Below, in pieces: positions 1-12,341 of a stretch of DNA of 64,000 nt. The notes below the pieces were generated by a model. That model did no database searches, was not told the origin of the DNA, and saw only the letters and a program-made list of their open reading frames with translations. Made by a program: the position numbers and the translations under genes. The stretch is from Octopus vulgaris (taxonomy: Eukaryota), in the NCBI GenBank assembly GCA_951406725.2, contig OX597830.1:5704001-5768000 (forward strand), in the 5' to 3' direction. Each line of letters opens with the position of its first letter. Within the stretch, counting starts at the first letter, position 1.

Positions 1-121
1 ATAATAATAACAACAGCAATAATAATAATAATAATAATAACAACAACAACAACAACAATAATAATAATAATAATAATTACAACAACAACAACAACAACAA
101 TAATAATAATAATAATAATAA
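1..121. repeat. (AAT)n/(AAC)n compound microsatellite
   Basis: Direct trinucleotide repeats. Confidence 0.95.
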
Positions 122-329
122 AACAGTGAAGACTTATAGGATAATATTTGTATCATATTTATAGTATGGTAGTTATCTTTTTCATAGGTTTGATACGATC
201 GTTCTTTCACCTACATTCCTAACAGTAATATTCAGCTCAGAGTTATAGATACACTAGAATTTATTTAGAGTTATAGAATAGTCATCATTTTACATAGTGT
301 TATATAGTATAGTAGTTTTACAATAATAT

Positions 330-545
330 CTTCTTTTATTTTCGTTTATTTGTTTCAGTTATCGTGCTGCGGCTGTGCTGGAGCACCGCCTTGTTAGGAT
401 TTTAGACTAACAAAATCGCCCTCAGGAGTTTTTTTTTTCTCGTTTTTTAAAACCTACTACTTATTCTGTTGATCTCTTTCGCTGAAGTGCTCGAGTACAG
501 GGATGTAAACAAACCAACACCGATTGTCAACGTCTTGATGGTGAT
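330..545 (-). mobile_element. SINE fragment (family D, 'ggccatgctggagcaccgcc' type)
   Basis: The motif tttcag..tgcggc(c/t)(a/g)tgctggagcaccgcc recurs at ~16800-16880, 27870-28060, 28405-28480 and 59160-59265. Confidence 0.6.
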
Positions 546-877
546 AGTGGTGGTGGTGGCATAGCGAGTGAGATGAGGGATAGAGAGGGAGTGTGAGAGA
601 AAGAAAAAGAGTGAGAGAGAGAGAACGAGACAATGAGTGGTGAGTGAAAGGAAAGTGGCGGTCATCTTATGTTTTTAAATGTTTTTCCGTATTTTCAGCG
701 TAGACAGATGCATAACCACAGCAAATATTGGCTGTTACTTTTTCAACTTCTACACTAGGACTAAATTTTCATTCTTTGTATTTCGCAGAATTTCCCAGGG
801 TCCTGCTTATACAGAATTATTTGATAGTTATTAAATCAAGTCGTTATTTACAGATGACTACATTTTTAATATTTTCC

Positions 878-1445
878 GTGAGTTACGTTCTGAGTTCAAA
901 TTCCGTCGAGGTCGGCTTTGTCTTTCATCCGTTCGTGGTAGATTAAATAAGTACCAATTAATCACTGGCGCGATGTAATCGACTTAATCCCCTTGTCTGT
1001 CCTTATTTGTCCCCTCTATGTTTAGCCCTCTGTGGGCAATAAGGAAATAAATAATTATTATCGTTATTGTAAAGGCGGTGAACTGGCAGAATCTTTAGCA
1101 CGCCGGGCGAAATGCTTAGCGTTATTTCATCTGCAGCTACGTTCTGAGTTCAAATACCGCCGTGGTCGACTTTGTCTTTCATTCTTTCGGGGTCGATAAA
1201 TTAAGTACCAGTTACGCACTGGGGTCGATGTAATCGACTTAATCCGTTTGTCTGTCCTTGTTTGTCCCCTCTGTGTTTAGCCCCTTCTGGGTAGTAAAGA
1301 AATAGGTATTTCAAATTCCGCCGAGGTAGACTTTGCTTTTCATACTTTCGGGGTTGATAAATTAAGTACCAGTGTCACGCTAGGGTCGATGGGATCGACT
1401 ATCCCCTCCCACCAAATCTCAGGACTTGTGTCTTTAATAGAAAGG

Positions 1446-1528
<83 letters not shown>

Positions 1529-1738
1529 GGTGCTAGCTGGAAGGATCGTTAATACACCGGGCAAGATGCTTAGTGGTATTTCGCCAGTCGCTAAGTTCTG
1601 AGTTCAAATTCCGCCTAGTTCGTCTTTGGCTTTCCTCTTTTCGGGGTCGATAAATTAAGTACCAGTGAAACCCTGGAGTCCATGCCATCGATTTGTCCCC
1701 TCCCACAAAATGGCTGCCCTTGTGGCCAAATTTGGAAA
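878..1738 (+). mobile_element. Cluster of four tRNA-derived SINE copies (family A), separated by an (ATT)n tract at 1446-1526
   Basis: A-box-like TGGCAGAATC and B-box GAGTTCAAATTCC followed by gcctttcatcctttcggggtcgataaattaagtaccag. Units at ~878-1050, 1074-1305, 1311-1445 and 1529-1738. Confidence 0.85.
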
Positions 1739-1807
1739 CGATTATTATTATCATAATCTTTATTTCAGCTACGAGTGTTGCATAGTGCTCATTTGACATA
1801 GAATTAT

Positions 1808-2181
1808 CGTGGCACTCCGTCGATTACGACGACGATGCTTCGGGTTGATCCGATCAACAAAACAGCCTGCTTGAGAAATTAACGTGCAAGTGGCTGAGCA
1901 CTCCAAAGACTCGTGTTCCTTTAACGTAGTTCTCAGGCAGATTCAGCGTGACACAGTGTGACAGGACTTGCCCTTTGAAATAGATGTATAACAGAAACAA
2001 TAAGAAAGAGTGAGAGAAAGTTGTGATGACAAAGTACAGGGTTCGCCACCACCCCCTGCCGGAGCCTCGTGGAGCTTTAGGTGTTTTCGCTCAATAAACA
2101 CTCACAACGCCCGGGCTGAGAAACGAAACCGCGATCCTACGACGGCGGGTCCGCTGCCCTAACCACTCGGCCATTGCGCAT
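1808..2181 (-). mobile_element. tRNA-derived SINE (family B, tRNA-Arg-like head; possibly octopus OR-type)
   Basis: The reverse complement aligns with the + copy at 13274-13623. A/B boxes lie near 2125-2175; short TSD catagaatt at 1797-1805 and 2187-2195. Confidence 0.85.
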
Positions 2182-2633
2182 TCCGCCATAGAATTTTACT
2201 ACAGTGTTCATCCCGCTTTCGATAACATTGTACGACTCATTTTATTTTCAAAGAATAAAAGAACCGAAAAATAACGGATCTCAAAATGGGAATATTTTGT
2301 ATGCGAGGAAAATAGAACGAACGTATAAATAAATACAATCAAATGTAGTAAAGTATAAATTATCAATAAAATGTAATTTAAGATGAAAAAAATACATTTA
2401 GTTAAAATCTATTCCATCGTTTCTTTTCTATTAAGGCTCATAATTAATTCTTTTGCTTTTCACTGATAAAAATGCATAAAAAATATATTTCATTTCATTC
2501 TCTGTATTTGCATACACAGGCAAAACAAACACACAGTTACACAATCACATACAAGGGATGATCGCATATGTGTATGCGTGTGTGTGTGTATGTGTGTGCA
2601 TATGTGTATAGACACATACACGCACACAGACAT

Positions 2634-2665
<32 letters not shown>

Positions 2666-3117
2666 ATAGAGAGAGATATGCATACACACAAGCATACATA
2701 TATTTATGAATATATGTATGCATATATATATATATAGACATTGTATATATATATATATACTCACACATACACACATATATGTATATGTGTGTATATATAT
2801 ATATATAATATATATATATACATACACATACATATGCGTGTCTATGTGTGTATATGAACATATATATATGTGTGTGTGTATGTATATAAGTATATGTTTG
2901 TTTTTATGTTCAGTTATAATAAAAACAATTTAATATTAACAGGTCGAAACTTCGAAGTCCCTATCAATAACATTTTTGTTTGAGAGTAAAAAATATATTT
3001 ACATACATACATACATACGCTCCTATTATGCAAGTGTATACATGTGAAATGAATACACATTTTATACACATGTACTCTGTCTCTTTCTAACTGTCTGTTT
3101 GTCTGTCTGTCTGTCTG

Positions 3118-3164
<47 letters not shown>

Positions 3165-3199
3165 CTCTCTGTATGTATGTATGTGGTATAGGAAAACAA

Positions 3200-3620
3200 G
3201 AAAACAGTAAATCTTGTCAAGTGAACGCTTCCTCATGAGGATAACATAGACGCTGCTTGGACCCGAAAGACCATCCGGTACGTACTCGTTCTCGAGGAAC
3301 ATGAAGATGCAGGCTAGAAAGCAGAGCATTATCCAATCGAAGTTCGATATAGAAGATTGATTGGAAAAAGTGTGGAGCGATGGTTGCTGTCGCTAGTTAT
3401 AACTCGTCGTAAAGCAAATGACATCATGACCGATATCCAGACTACGCTGGAGGAACACAACACACTGGATTTGGTTAAAAAGAGACAGTGAGAAGAATAT
3501 TGAGCGGAATTTAATAACCAGTTGATCTGGCAAGCTGCGCCTCATCTCAGTGAGAGAGACCGGTATACAATAGTAACAAGAGGGAAGGCCTATGATATCA
3601 TAAGCTTGCTACCATCCGGT
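3200..3620 (+). mobile_element. Degenerate 3' end of a restriction-like-endonuclease (RLE) non-LTR retrotransposon (Hero/R2-group-like)
   Basis: Translation TLPHEDNIDAAWTRKTIRY..LEEHEDAG*KAEHYPIEVRYRRLIGKSVERW resembles the RLE motif ELTVPWEE..A..RK..KY..G(W)....PIEVGCRGF; contains stops. Confidence 0.65.
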
Positions 3621-3716
3621 ATGCAGAGTTTTCTGCTGGGAGCCCTTGCATTTTCAAGTTCTTTGCAATGAAGTAAAAGACAAGGAAAAAATATATACAT
3701 GTCTGTGTGTATATAT

Positions 3717-3943
3717 TTCTTTACTACCCACAAGGGGCTACACACAGAGGAGACAAACAAGGACAGACAAACGGATTAAGTTGATTACATCGACTCCAGT
3801 GCGTAACTGGTACTTAATTTATCGCCCCCGAAAGGATGAAAGACAAAGACAACCACGGCAGAATTTGAACTCGGAACGTAACAACAGACGAAATACGACT
3901 ACGCATTTCGCACGACGTGCTAACGTTTCTGCCAGCTCGCCGC
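3717..3943 (-). mobile_element. tRNA-derived SINE (family A), full length, abutting the U6 copy
   Basis: Reverse complement matches the copy at 1074-1305 from head (gcggcgagctggcagaa) to tail (gggtagtaaagaa). Confidence 0.9.
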
Positions 3944-3950
3944 TAATATT

Positions 3951-4058
3951 AAAAATATGGAACGCTTCACGAATTTGCGTGTCATCCTTGCGCAGGGGCC
4001 ATGCTAAACTTCTCTGTATTCGTACCAATTTTAGTATAATGTATTGCCGATGCAATAC
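3951..4058 (-). ncRNA. U6: U6 snRNA full-length copy (probably a retrocopy or variant)
   Basis: Minus strand reads GTATTGCATCGGCAATACATTATACTAAAATTGGTACGAATACAGAGAAGTTTAGCATGGCCCCTGCGCAAGGATGACACGCAAATTCGTGAAGCGTTCCATATTTTT. ACAGAGA box, AGC triad and ISL are present; the 3' half matches canonical metazoan U6. Confidence 0.97.
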
Positions 4059-4782
4059 TATGTCTGTGTATATATATATTTTAGTATATGTGTGTGAGTG
4101 CCTAATCGATAGAGACACCTCATCGCACTTCGTCGAAATTATGCAAAATTCTAATTTTCTCTGGTGGTTTTGAAATAATTAGATTTGACTGATTATATAT
4201 TGTCATTGCTTAGCTTTTAATATAGCCATAGTCATTAATATAGCAATTAAAATTGAAGACATAACAATACCAATCATAAATTCTATTGACTCTTTTACTT
4301 ATTCCAATATTCGATTAACGTCTGTTCAGGTTTCGTTTAAAACGTTCCGTAGAAGACGAAGGAAAAAAGTCGGACATATACGCATCTATGTCTGAACCCC
4401 CCCCCCCACACACACACACATACACTCACGCACATACATACACACTTGTACACACAGACACACACGCACACAGATACACACACACGCACACGAACAGACA
4501 AATTCACACGCACACACATCCACATACACCCACACACGCGCGCACACACGTTTGCATGCGTGTATCTATATATATATATGTGTGTGTGTGTGTGTGCTTC
4601 TACATAGTCTTGAATTTTGATGAACTTATAAATATGAATTTACTTTACAACCTATTTTGAACACTTTTCTGTAAACTGTTCAAACACAAAGACCCTCTAA
4701 ACATTTTCTAATCATTGTCACAAATTCTATTTCTTAACATTTTCTTATCATTGTCAAATATTGTATCACTGTATTTTAATGT

Positions 4783-5120
4783 GAAGGCGCATGGCTCAGT
4801 GGTTAGAGCATCGAGCTTACGGTCGTGAGGTTGTGAGCTCGAATCCCGGACCGGGCTGCGTGTTGCGTTCTTGAGCAAGACACTTTATTTCACGTTGCTC
4901 CAGTTCAGTCAGCTGTAGAAATGAGTTGCGACGTCACAGGTGCCAAGCTGTATCGGTCCCTTTTGCCTCTCCCTTGGATAACATTGTTGGCGTGGTGAGG
5001 GGAGGCGGTATGCATGGGCGACTGCTGGTCTTCCATAAACAACCTTGCCCGGACTTGTGCCTGGGAAGGTAACTTTCTAGGTGCAATCCCATGGCCAGTA
5101 TCGTGACCGAAGGGGGTCTC
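4783..5120 (+). mobile_element. tRNA-derived SINE (family C, V-domain-like core)
   Basis: A box TGGCTCAGTGG, B-box-like GAGCTCGAATCCC, followed by ttcttgagcaagacactt..tgctcc. Confidence 0.8.
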
Positions 5121-5323
5121 AGAATCAGTATTTTAATACATCTATGATAACCATTTTTTAACACAACAATGGCTACACAAAGCCTTACATTTACGTTTGA
5201 AAATCTTTCTTTTTAAATATGTGAAACCGGTCAAGTCAATAAACAGCTTTAAAATACCTCTGCATTTTCATATCCTCTTTCCTATATATCTTCACTCGTG
5301 CGGTGCCTTGCAATTTCACTTTG

Positions 5324-5359
<36 letters not shown>

Positions 5360-5362
<3 letters not shown>

Positions 5363-5560
5363 GCATATCGATCAGACTGGAGTTCACTTCGGTCTTCTCC
5401 ATTCATAGTTTTTTCATACTTGAAGTCATCTGCGAATATCTTAATTTTCCCGTGTTTGATGTCACTTAGGATGTCTTTTATATAGAATATAAGGGGGAGC
5501 GGGGCCAAAACAATCTCCTGAGGGAAAACCCTGGCGATTGTTGCTGGATCTGAGTGTTAT
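5360..5560 (-). mobile_element. Small degenerate RT fragment related to the LINE at 49.5-54.4 kb
   Basis: KIKIFADDFKYEKTMNGEDRSELQSDRYA aligns with KVKIFVDDTKLQQIVNEEADRTQLQSDLYA at ~50400-50490. Confidence 0.75.
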
Positions 5561-6359
5561 CCTCTAATTGCAACATGTGTTTTGTTCAGTAACAAATACT
5601 GAATCTAGTGGCGCAATTTGTATACAACCACACACACACGCACATGCATATGTGTGTTTGTGTGTGTGTGTAATGATACACACGCATCTGTATGTGTACA
5701 TAAATATATGTGTGCTTTCCAGGAAAAAAGTGAATTTTTTTCTTCTATGTCGAAGAAACAAGAATGGAAAGAAAAATCAATTTGATTTTGTGATAATATT
5801 TTACGCCTAAATTTGACACATGTTGCACTCCAAGGTAGGTTACCTGCCTAAATTGTAAATAGTTTTCCAAAAAATGAAGGTTAACGTTGAAATGGGTGAA
5901 AATTTGCTTCAGATTACCTTTGTGTTTCGGTTCAAACTCAGACACAACAGGGCCATTAGCGGTTTTATAGTCTCCTCTAATGAAAACTATTGCAAACAGT
6001 TTCGTTCTTACTAATGAGACTGAAGCTAACCAATGTTCCTTCAATTTTATTTTCAAACTAAAACTCTCATTAAATCTTTAAGAGCTCATGCAATTAGAAG
6101 GCAAACATCATATATACGCACATAAATGAATATTCACGTACATATACACTCATATACATGCACGTCTCATCGTATCTACAACGTAACACAAACAAACATA
6201 CATATACTCACGCGCGCGCACACACACAAATAAATGTATGTATACATAATTATGTTTATGGATATATATGTAAGTATGCATATATATATATATAAATGAT
6301 ATGCATATTTACGTATATTTATGTATATGTATATATGTATATATATATATATATGTATA

Positions 6360-6440
<81 letters not shown>

Positions 6441-6719
6441 GCATATACATATATGTACATATGTATACACAGAAATATAGTTTTATGTGCTTATGATTAA
6501 ATCTGTGTGTATATATATATATATATATATACTTTTTTATTTTGTTGTATCATCTATATCTTATACACACACACACACACACACACAGACACACATATAC
6601 GTGTGAGCGCGCGTATACACACATATTTCCTTGTATTATATGCGTGCGCGTGTGTGTGCATGTGTGTAATATGTAACAAGTGTTCTTATGGTTGTTGCGT
6701 ATTCTTCAATACACTACTG

Positions 6720-6769
<50 letters not shown>

Positions 6770-7134
6770 GCTACTACTACTACTACTACTACTACTAATA
6801 CTACTACTACCACATACATATATGCATACTTACTTCTCTACGTATGTACATTTAAATGCAACAAATATGAAATCATGAGTTTAATGGTGTAGCAAGTCGT
6901 TAAACGAAATATTTGTTTCTAATTATCCGACAAAATTAAAACCAGAGGGAACTGATTTAATTACTCAAATAGTAAATACAAAACGCTGCTTAGCTTTATA
7001 GTTTTTTCGTCTGTATTGAAGAACACGTGACACATATATATTAAATGCTAAACGGCATTACGATCAACTTATTAAATATAAATTCATAGTGTCACAGAGA
7101 GACTAGAAACCTTGTTTAAATTACAGCTTGTTAA

Positions 7135-7335
7135 CCCTTTGCTTGTTCTGTGTTGCACACGTGAAACGCAACACATATCTCGCTGGCTTCTATACATTAT
7201 ATATGATACACGTTCCCAGTTTGTTTCAACTGCTAGAGTAACGTGGGACTTATGAAAGAAAGCATTATATTAACCTGTACCTATGAAACATCGGATAAGG
7301 ACAGACTTATGAACAAAATTTAAACAGGCAAAGGG
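7135..7335. mobile_element. Short TTAA-flanked MITE (piggyBac-like ends)
   Basis: TTAA|CCCTTTGCTTGTT ... AACAGGCAAAGGG|TTAA; 12/13 TIR match. Confidence 0.6.
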
Positions 7336-8079
7336 TTAATGTCACAGATAGGTGTGATTATTGATGTAGATATTATAATTGCTATCGTTGGTGGTGTTGT
7401 TGGTGTTGTTGTTGTTGTTGTGTTCATTGCTGTCGCTGTCATTACTTCTTGAAATTGTTGCTATTACTCTCCTTGTTGTCGTTGAGATTCCTCTTAACCC
7501 AACCCGTCTAAACTGACACTTAATGTATAAGGGTATAGAACAAATACTTGATAAAATTGTGATTTGTCTGTAACTGTATCAAAGAATGTAACATGTTCTT
7601 AACACGTATGCAATCTGTATGAAACGGATTTCAATGAAATTTTTTTCAGTTATTTGGGTTAAAATAATAGAATCTGTGTATTTTCAGGTAAATTCATTCA
7701 CAAGAAAAATTTCGGCACAAATGGGTTAAATTGTGAAATACGTCATGAAAATAGATGAGGTTCGTTGATTCTAACAACATAAATATGTCTTCGTTTAAAC
7801 ATTACAAACACTTGTTACGTTTATGTATTTGTTTTGCAACAGGGATGGAGAGTCGCTGAAGAGGTCGCCGGATGTGTGACAAAACTTTTCAGACAGATCC
7901 TTTCAGACAAGGCTCCAAAATAAGAAAATAATATGGCTAAAGTAAAGAACGAATAAATAGTGCGTGTGCTTATTTGGCAAAAATGAAAGATTATCCCGAA
8001 GTATAACAAAATTGCAAGCAATATTTTCTTCTTATTGCTTATTTCCTCGTTGATGATGAAGATTTTGATGATGATGATA

Positions 8080-8130
<51 letters not shown>

Positions 8131-8224
8131 GTGAAGATAGGAAGATTACTGCTGTGTCGTCTGAAGGGGCCATTAGTCAGGATAAATACAGTGTTGGTTA
8201 ACAACGCTGTAAGAGGGAAATAAA

Positions 8225-8455
8225 TAAAAGTATTCCTTTCTACAAAAGGTAAAAGCCTGAGGTTTTGTAGTGGAGGTGCGGAGTTGATTACATCGAACCC
8301 CCCTCCCCCAGTGCTGAAATGTTACTTAATGTATCGAACCCCAAAAAGAGGAAAGGCAAAGATGACATCGGCATAATTTGAAGTCAGAAAGTAAAGAACT
8401 GTATTAAATACCGCTAAGGACTTTGTCTGATACACTAACGATTCTGCCAGCACCT
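8225..8455 (-). mobile_element. Degenerate SINE family A copy
   Basis: Contains aaaggcaaag..gac.tcggc..aatttgaa.tcagaa and ctaacgattctgccagc. Confidence 0.7.
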
Positions 8456-8594
8456 TGTCGAAACAGCAGCAGCAACAACAACAGCCATAGCAATAACAAG
8501 TGCAATAATAATCTTAATAATGATGATGATGATGATGACGACGATGCTGATGATCTTGTCGCTAGATAAATAGAAACATATACACGCATATATA

Positions 8595-9846
8595 CAGGGG
8601 GTTGGAAAAAGTAATAGAAGCAAATTTATTTTAATATGGGGTAAGACTGATTTTGGCAGTAATTACAGCTTGAATTGTATGAGGTATGGACTCGTACAAA
8701 GTTTGAATTGTTTCCAAGGGAATTTTTGTCCATTTCTTAGCTAGAACAGTCTCCCGTTCTTGTAGTGATAATGGTGGAGGATATCGACCCTTACTTGTTT
8801 TTCTAAAATGCACAATAAATGTTCAATAATATTAAGATCTGGGAACTGTGGTGGCCAGATAAGATGTTCAGCTTCACTAGAATTTTCCTCATGCCATTCA
8901 GTAACAACTTTAGCTGTGTGAATTGGTGCATTATAATCCTAAAAGATTGTGCTTCCCTCCGGAAACAGTTCCGCAAACAGGATAAATTTGATCAGATAAA
9001 ATGCTTAAATAGTCTTGACTATTAATTCTACCATGAAGGCAACCATTGGGCCGGAGGATTTCCAAGATATAGCTCCCCAGATCATCACAGATCCTCCTCC
9101 ATGTTTAACAGTTGGAAGAATGCAGTCTGGGTCAAATGCTTCTTTTGGCTGTCTCCACACGTATACTCGACCGGTGATCGGAAATAAGGTAAGGGTTGAC
9201 TCGTCTGAGAAAATAACATTCTTCCACTGCTATAGGGACCAATTCCGTAGGTTTTTATTCCATCTAGATGCTTTACAACTTTTGTTTTTGAAAGTAGTGG
9301 TTTTCTGATTGCAGCCCTCCCGTGAAATCTGGCTTTGTGTAGCTCCCGGCGAACAGTTTTTGTGGAAACTTGGTTCTCAAGGTGGTCATTAAGCTCTGCA
9401 GTAATTTTAGGAGCTGCACTTTTGTGATCCTTTCTAACAATTCGCATAAGCGTCCGACGGTCCCTATCTGAAAATTTTGGTTTTCTTCCGCAGTTTTGTT
9501 TCGACGAGGGAGTTTTTCCTCTTTCTCAAAGGCTGTCATTACTTTTGAGACAGTACTTCTTGATAACCCAAACGTTTCAGCTGTTTTTGTTAGTCTAGCG
9601 CCTGCCATACGAACACCAACAATTTGACCTGTTTGAAAGTCCGATGGATCTGTCATTTTAATGAATTTTAATTACCTTTTTTGTGATGATATTTGAAAAA
9701 AACCCAACAATTTTAGTAAAATGTATTAAGCAACATTAATAATAAATCAAAATACATAAAAATAAACAAGCTTTTACGGCTTTATAGATATTTCAAAATT
9801 ATGATGCTATGATGCTAGGTGTTTCCATTATTTTGTCCAGCCCCTG
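8595..9846 (-). mobile_element. Tc1-family DNA transposon, degenerate
   Basis: Imperfect TIRs CAGGGGGTTGGAAAAAGTAATAGAA / CAGGGGCTGGACAAAATAATGGAA; TA at the left end; ~1.25 kb. Confidence 0.9.
8631..9656 (-). pseudogene. Tc1 (DD34E) transposase, frameshifted
   Basis: Paired-like HTH (SRSTVSKV), VSTKTVRRELH..GRAAIRKPLL, SDES, (Y)NAPIHTAKVV, WPPQFPDLNIIEHL spread over several frames. Confidence 0.9.
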
Positions 9847-10256
9847 GATTTATACTTATGAGTGTATGTGTATGTATGTAAGTAGATGGGTAGGCAGGTA
9901 GGTAGGTAGGTAGGCAGGTAGGTAGGTAGGTAGGTAGGTAGGTAGGTAAGTATAGATGTATGATCGTCAGCAATGAGGTACTTCTATTATTAGCTATATC
10001 CCTCTCGTAATAGTACTGCCACCCACGTAAATTAGAGGTGCCAAATTTAAAAGAACAACTAAAAAAATGTTTCAAGTGTTATCAGTAAGGCTGCATAGAA
10101 GAAACATAATCCAATTCCTGATATTGCAAGTTTGTAGATTGAAATTATAGCATCAGAACAATTGTCAATATCTCACGAGTGAGCGATGCTATGATGTAGC
10201 TGCTAACATCTATAAACATATATAGTATTCTTATAACAGAATTGTAATGTAATATA

Positions 10257-11548
10257 CGAGGGGCGTTCAATAAGTAATGCCCCTGACCCACTTCCCATAG
10301 CAGTAGAGCAACGAAACTTGGCACCGTTATTAGTCTTTTTCTACATAGGAAACACCCATAGTTACACATTTCTATCATCGTTTGATACAGCTCTGGAGAC
10401 CGTTTTTGTAGAAGACCCCAGCTTGGTCCTCCAACCTGAACGTGACTTCAGAAATCAAGGCTGCATCATCTCGGAAATGCTTCCCTTTCAAAAACAACTT
10501 CATGACTGGGAAGAGGTGAAAATCAGAGGGTACAATGTCAGGAAAGTAGGGTGGATGGGGGAGGAGTTCATAGCCATACGCCTGTGCTTCTGATCTGGCG
10601 ACAAGCGAGTTGTGGACCGGAGCGTTGTCCTGCAGGAGGAGGATGCCTTTGCTGATCTTGCCCCGCCTCTTGATTTTGATAACTTCTCTTAATTTCCTCA
10701 AAAATGAAGCATAAGAGACTCCTGCAATTGTGGTACCCTTTGCCAGGAAATCTGTCATCACTACTCCGTCCTGGTCCCAGAAGACTGTGAGCATGACCTT
10801 GCCAGCGGAGGGCTGCACCCTTGCCTTCTTTGGAGGGGGTGAGTCACGGTGCTTCCACTGCATTGACTGGGCTTTGGTCTCTGGATCATCGTGATGGACC
10901 CAGGTTTCGTCCTGTGTAATCAGTCTTTTGAAAAATTTTGACTCATCTTCTTGGCACATCTCCAAATTCATCCTCGAGCACTCGACGTGTATTTGCTTCT
11001 GGAAAGGCGTGAGCAACCTGGGAATCCATCTGGCAGACACCTTTTGCATATGCAAATGGTCATGAATGATAGTTTCCACAGACCCGGTACTAATCTTGAC
11101 CTCATGGGCTATTTGGCGAATAATTATGCGTCGATCTTCCAAAATGGCAGCCTCAACTTGACGGACAGATGCCTCATCAATGGCAGAAGGGGGCGACCAG
11201 ATCTGGGAGCTGTTTCCACAGAGTTCCGACCATATTTGAATTCACGATCCCAGCGTTTTACAAGGTCATATGATGGGGCATCATCACCATAAGTTACTTT
11301 CATTTCATCAAAAGTCTCCCGTGGTGTGCGTTCTTTCAAATACAAAAACCGGATCACTGCTCGACACTCAACATGCTCCATTTCACACTTGACTCAGTTC
11401 AAACACCTGTAAATCAGAAACCACAATTAGTTCAGAGCAGTAATTTGTCACTTACTCTGTAGAGATATATATGATTGCACATGCAAAATTTCAGCTAGAT
11501 CAAACAACTGCAAGTGGGTCAGAGGCATTACATATTGAACGTCCCTCG
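10257..11548 (-). mobile_element. Full-length mariner element (~1.29 kb)
   Basis: ~37-bp TIRs CGAGGG(G/A)CGTTCAATA(A/T)GTAATGCC(C/T)CTGACCCACTT with TA on both sides. Confidence 0.95.
10330..11381 (-). pseudogene. mariner (DD34D) transposase with a frameshift near 11190 and premature stops near 10375
   Basis: WIPRLLT, TQDETWVH, QDNAPVH, HPPYFPDIVPSDFHLF; N-terminus MEHVECRAVIRFLYL in another frame. Confidence 0.93.
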
Positions 11549-11905
11549 TATATACATACACATATACATACATGTATGTGTCTATATATAACTGAAAATT
11601 TCTTAGCTTTAAGGTTGTCGCGAAAGGCCTTGTTGGCTTCACTCTCCAAAACTTTCGGGTCTTTTGCATAGAATAGAAAAGAATATATATATATATACCA
11701 ATTAAGGACTGAACACGAAAAGCGGACAGTCAACATGCTAGATATAGACGTCAAATCGTCATTCTCCACAAATATTATGTTCTCAAATAAAACTCAGCAA
11801 AAATATTTTAATCTTCGGATTCTTTTTAATATGCTAGGCCACTGGTTTTAATTGACTAATATCAATTTCTACCCTTAATTTATTATATATATATATATAT
11901 ATATA

Positions 11906-12310
11906 CGAGGGGCGTTCAATAAGTAATGCCCCTGACCCACTTCCCATAGCAGTAGAGCAACGACACTTGGGACAGTTATTTGTCTTTTCCTACACAGGAA
12001 CTACCCAGAGTTATGCATTTCTCCCATCGTTTGATACAGCTCTGGAGACCGTTTTTGTAGAAGATTCCAGCTTGGACCCCCAACCACGACGTGACTTCAG
12101 AAATCAAGGCTGCATCATCTCGGAAACGCTTCCCTTTCAAAATCAACTTCATGGCTGGGAAGAGGTGAAAATCAGAGGGTGCAAGGGGAGGAGTTCATAG
12201 CTGCACGCCTGTGCTTCTGATCTGGCGACAAGCGAGTTGTGGACCGGAGCGTTGTCCTGCAGAAGGAGAATGCCTTTGCTGATTTTGATAACTTCTCTTA
12301 ACGCCCCTCG
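11906..12310 (-). mobile_element. Internally deleted derivative of the adjacent mariner
   Basis: Aligns to 10257-10690 with internal deletions; ends in a truncated TIR AACGCCCCTCG|TA inside (TA)n. Confidence 0.9.

Positions 12311-12335
<25 letters not shown>

Positions 12336-12341
<6 letters not shown>

Noticed and set aside
2490-2933. ORFs rich in Y/I/H/T/C/V here and throughout (e.g. 16660-17340, 22206-22614, 37532-39681)
   Set aside because: Translations of (AT)n/(CA)n microsatellites with no domain content.
4783-4856. tRNA-like sequences (also 13274-13348, 44140-44215)
   Set aside because: SINE heads continuing into repeat bodies, with imperfect cloverleafs; not called as tRNA genes.
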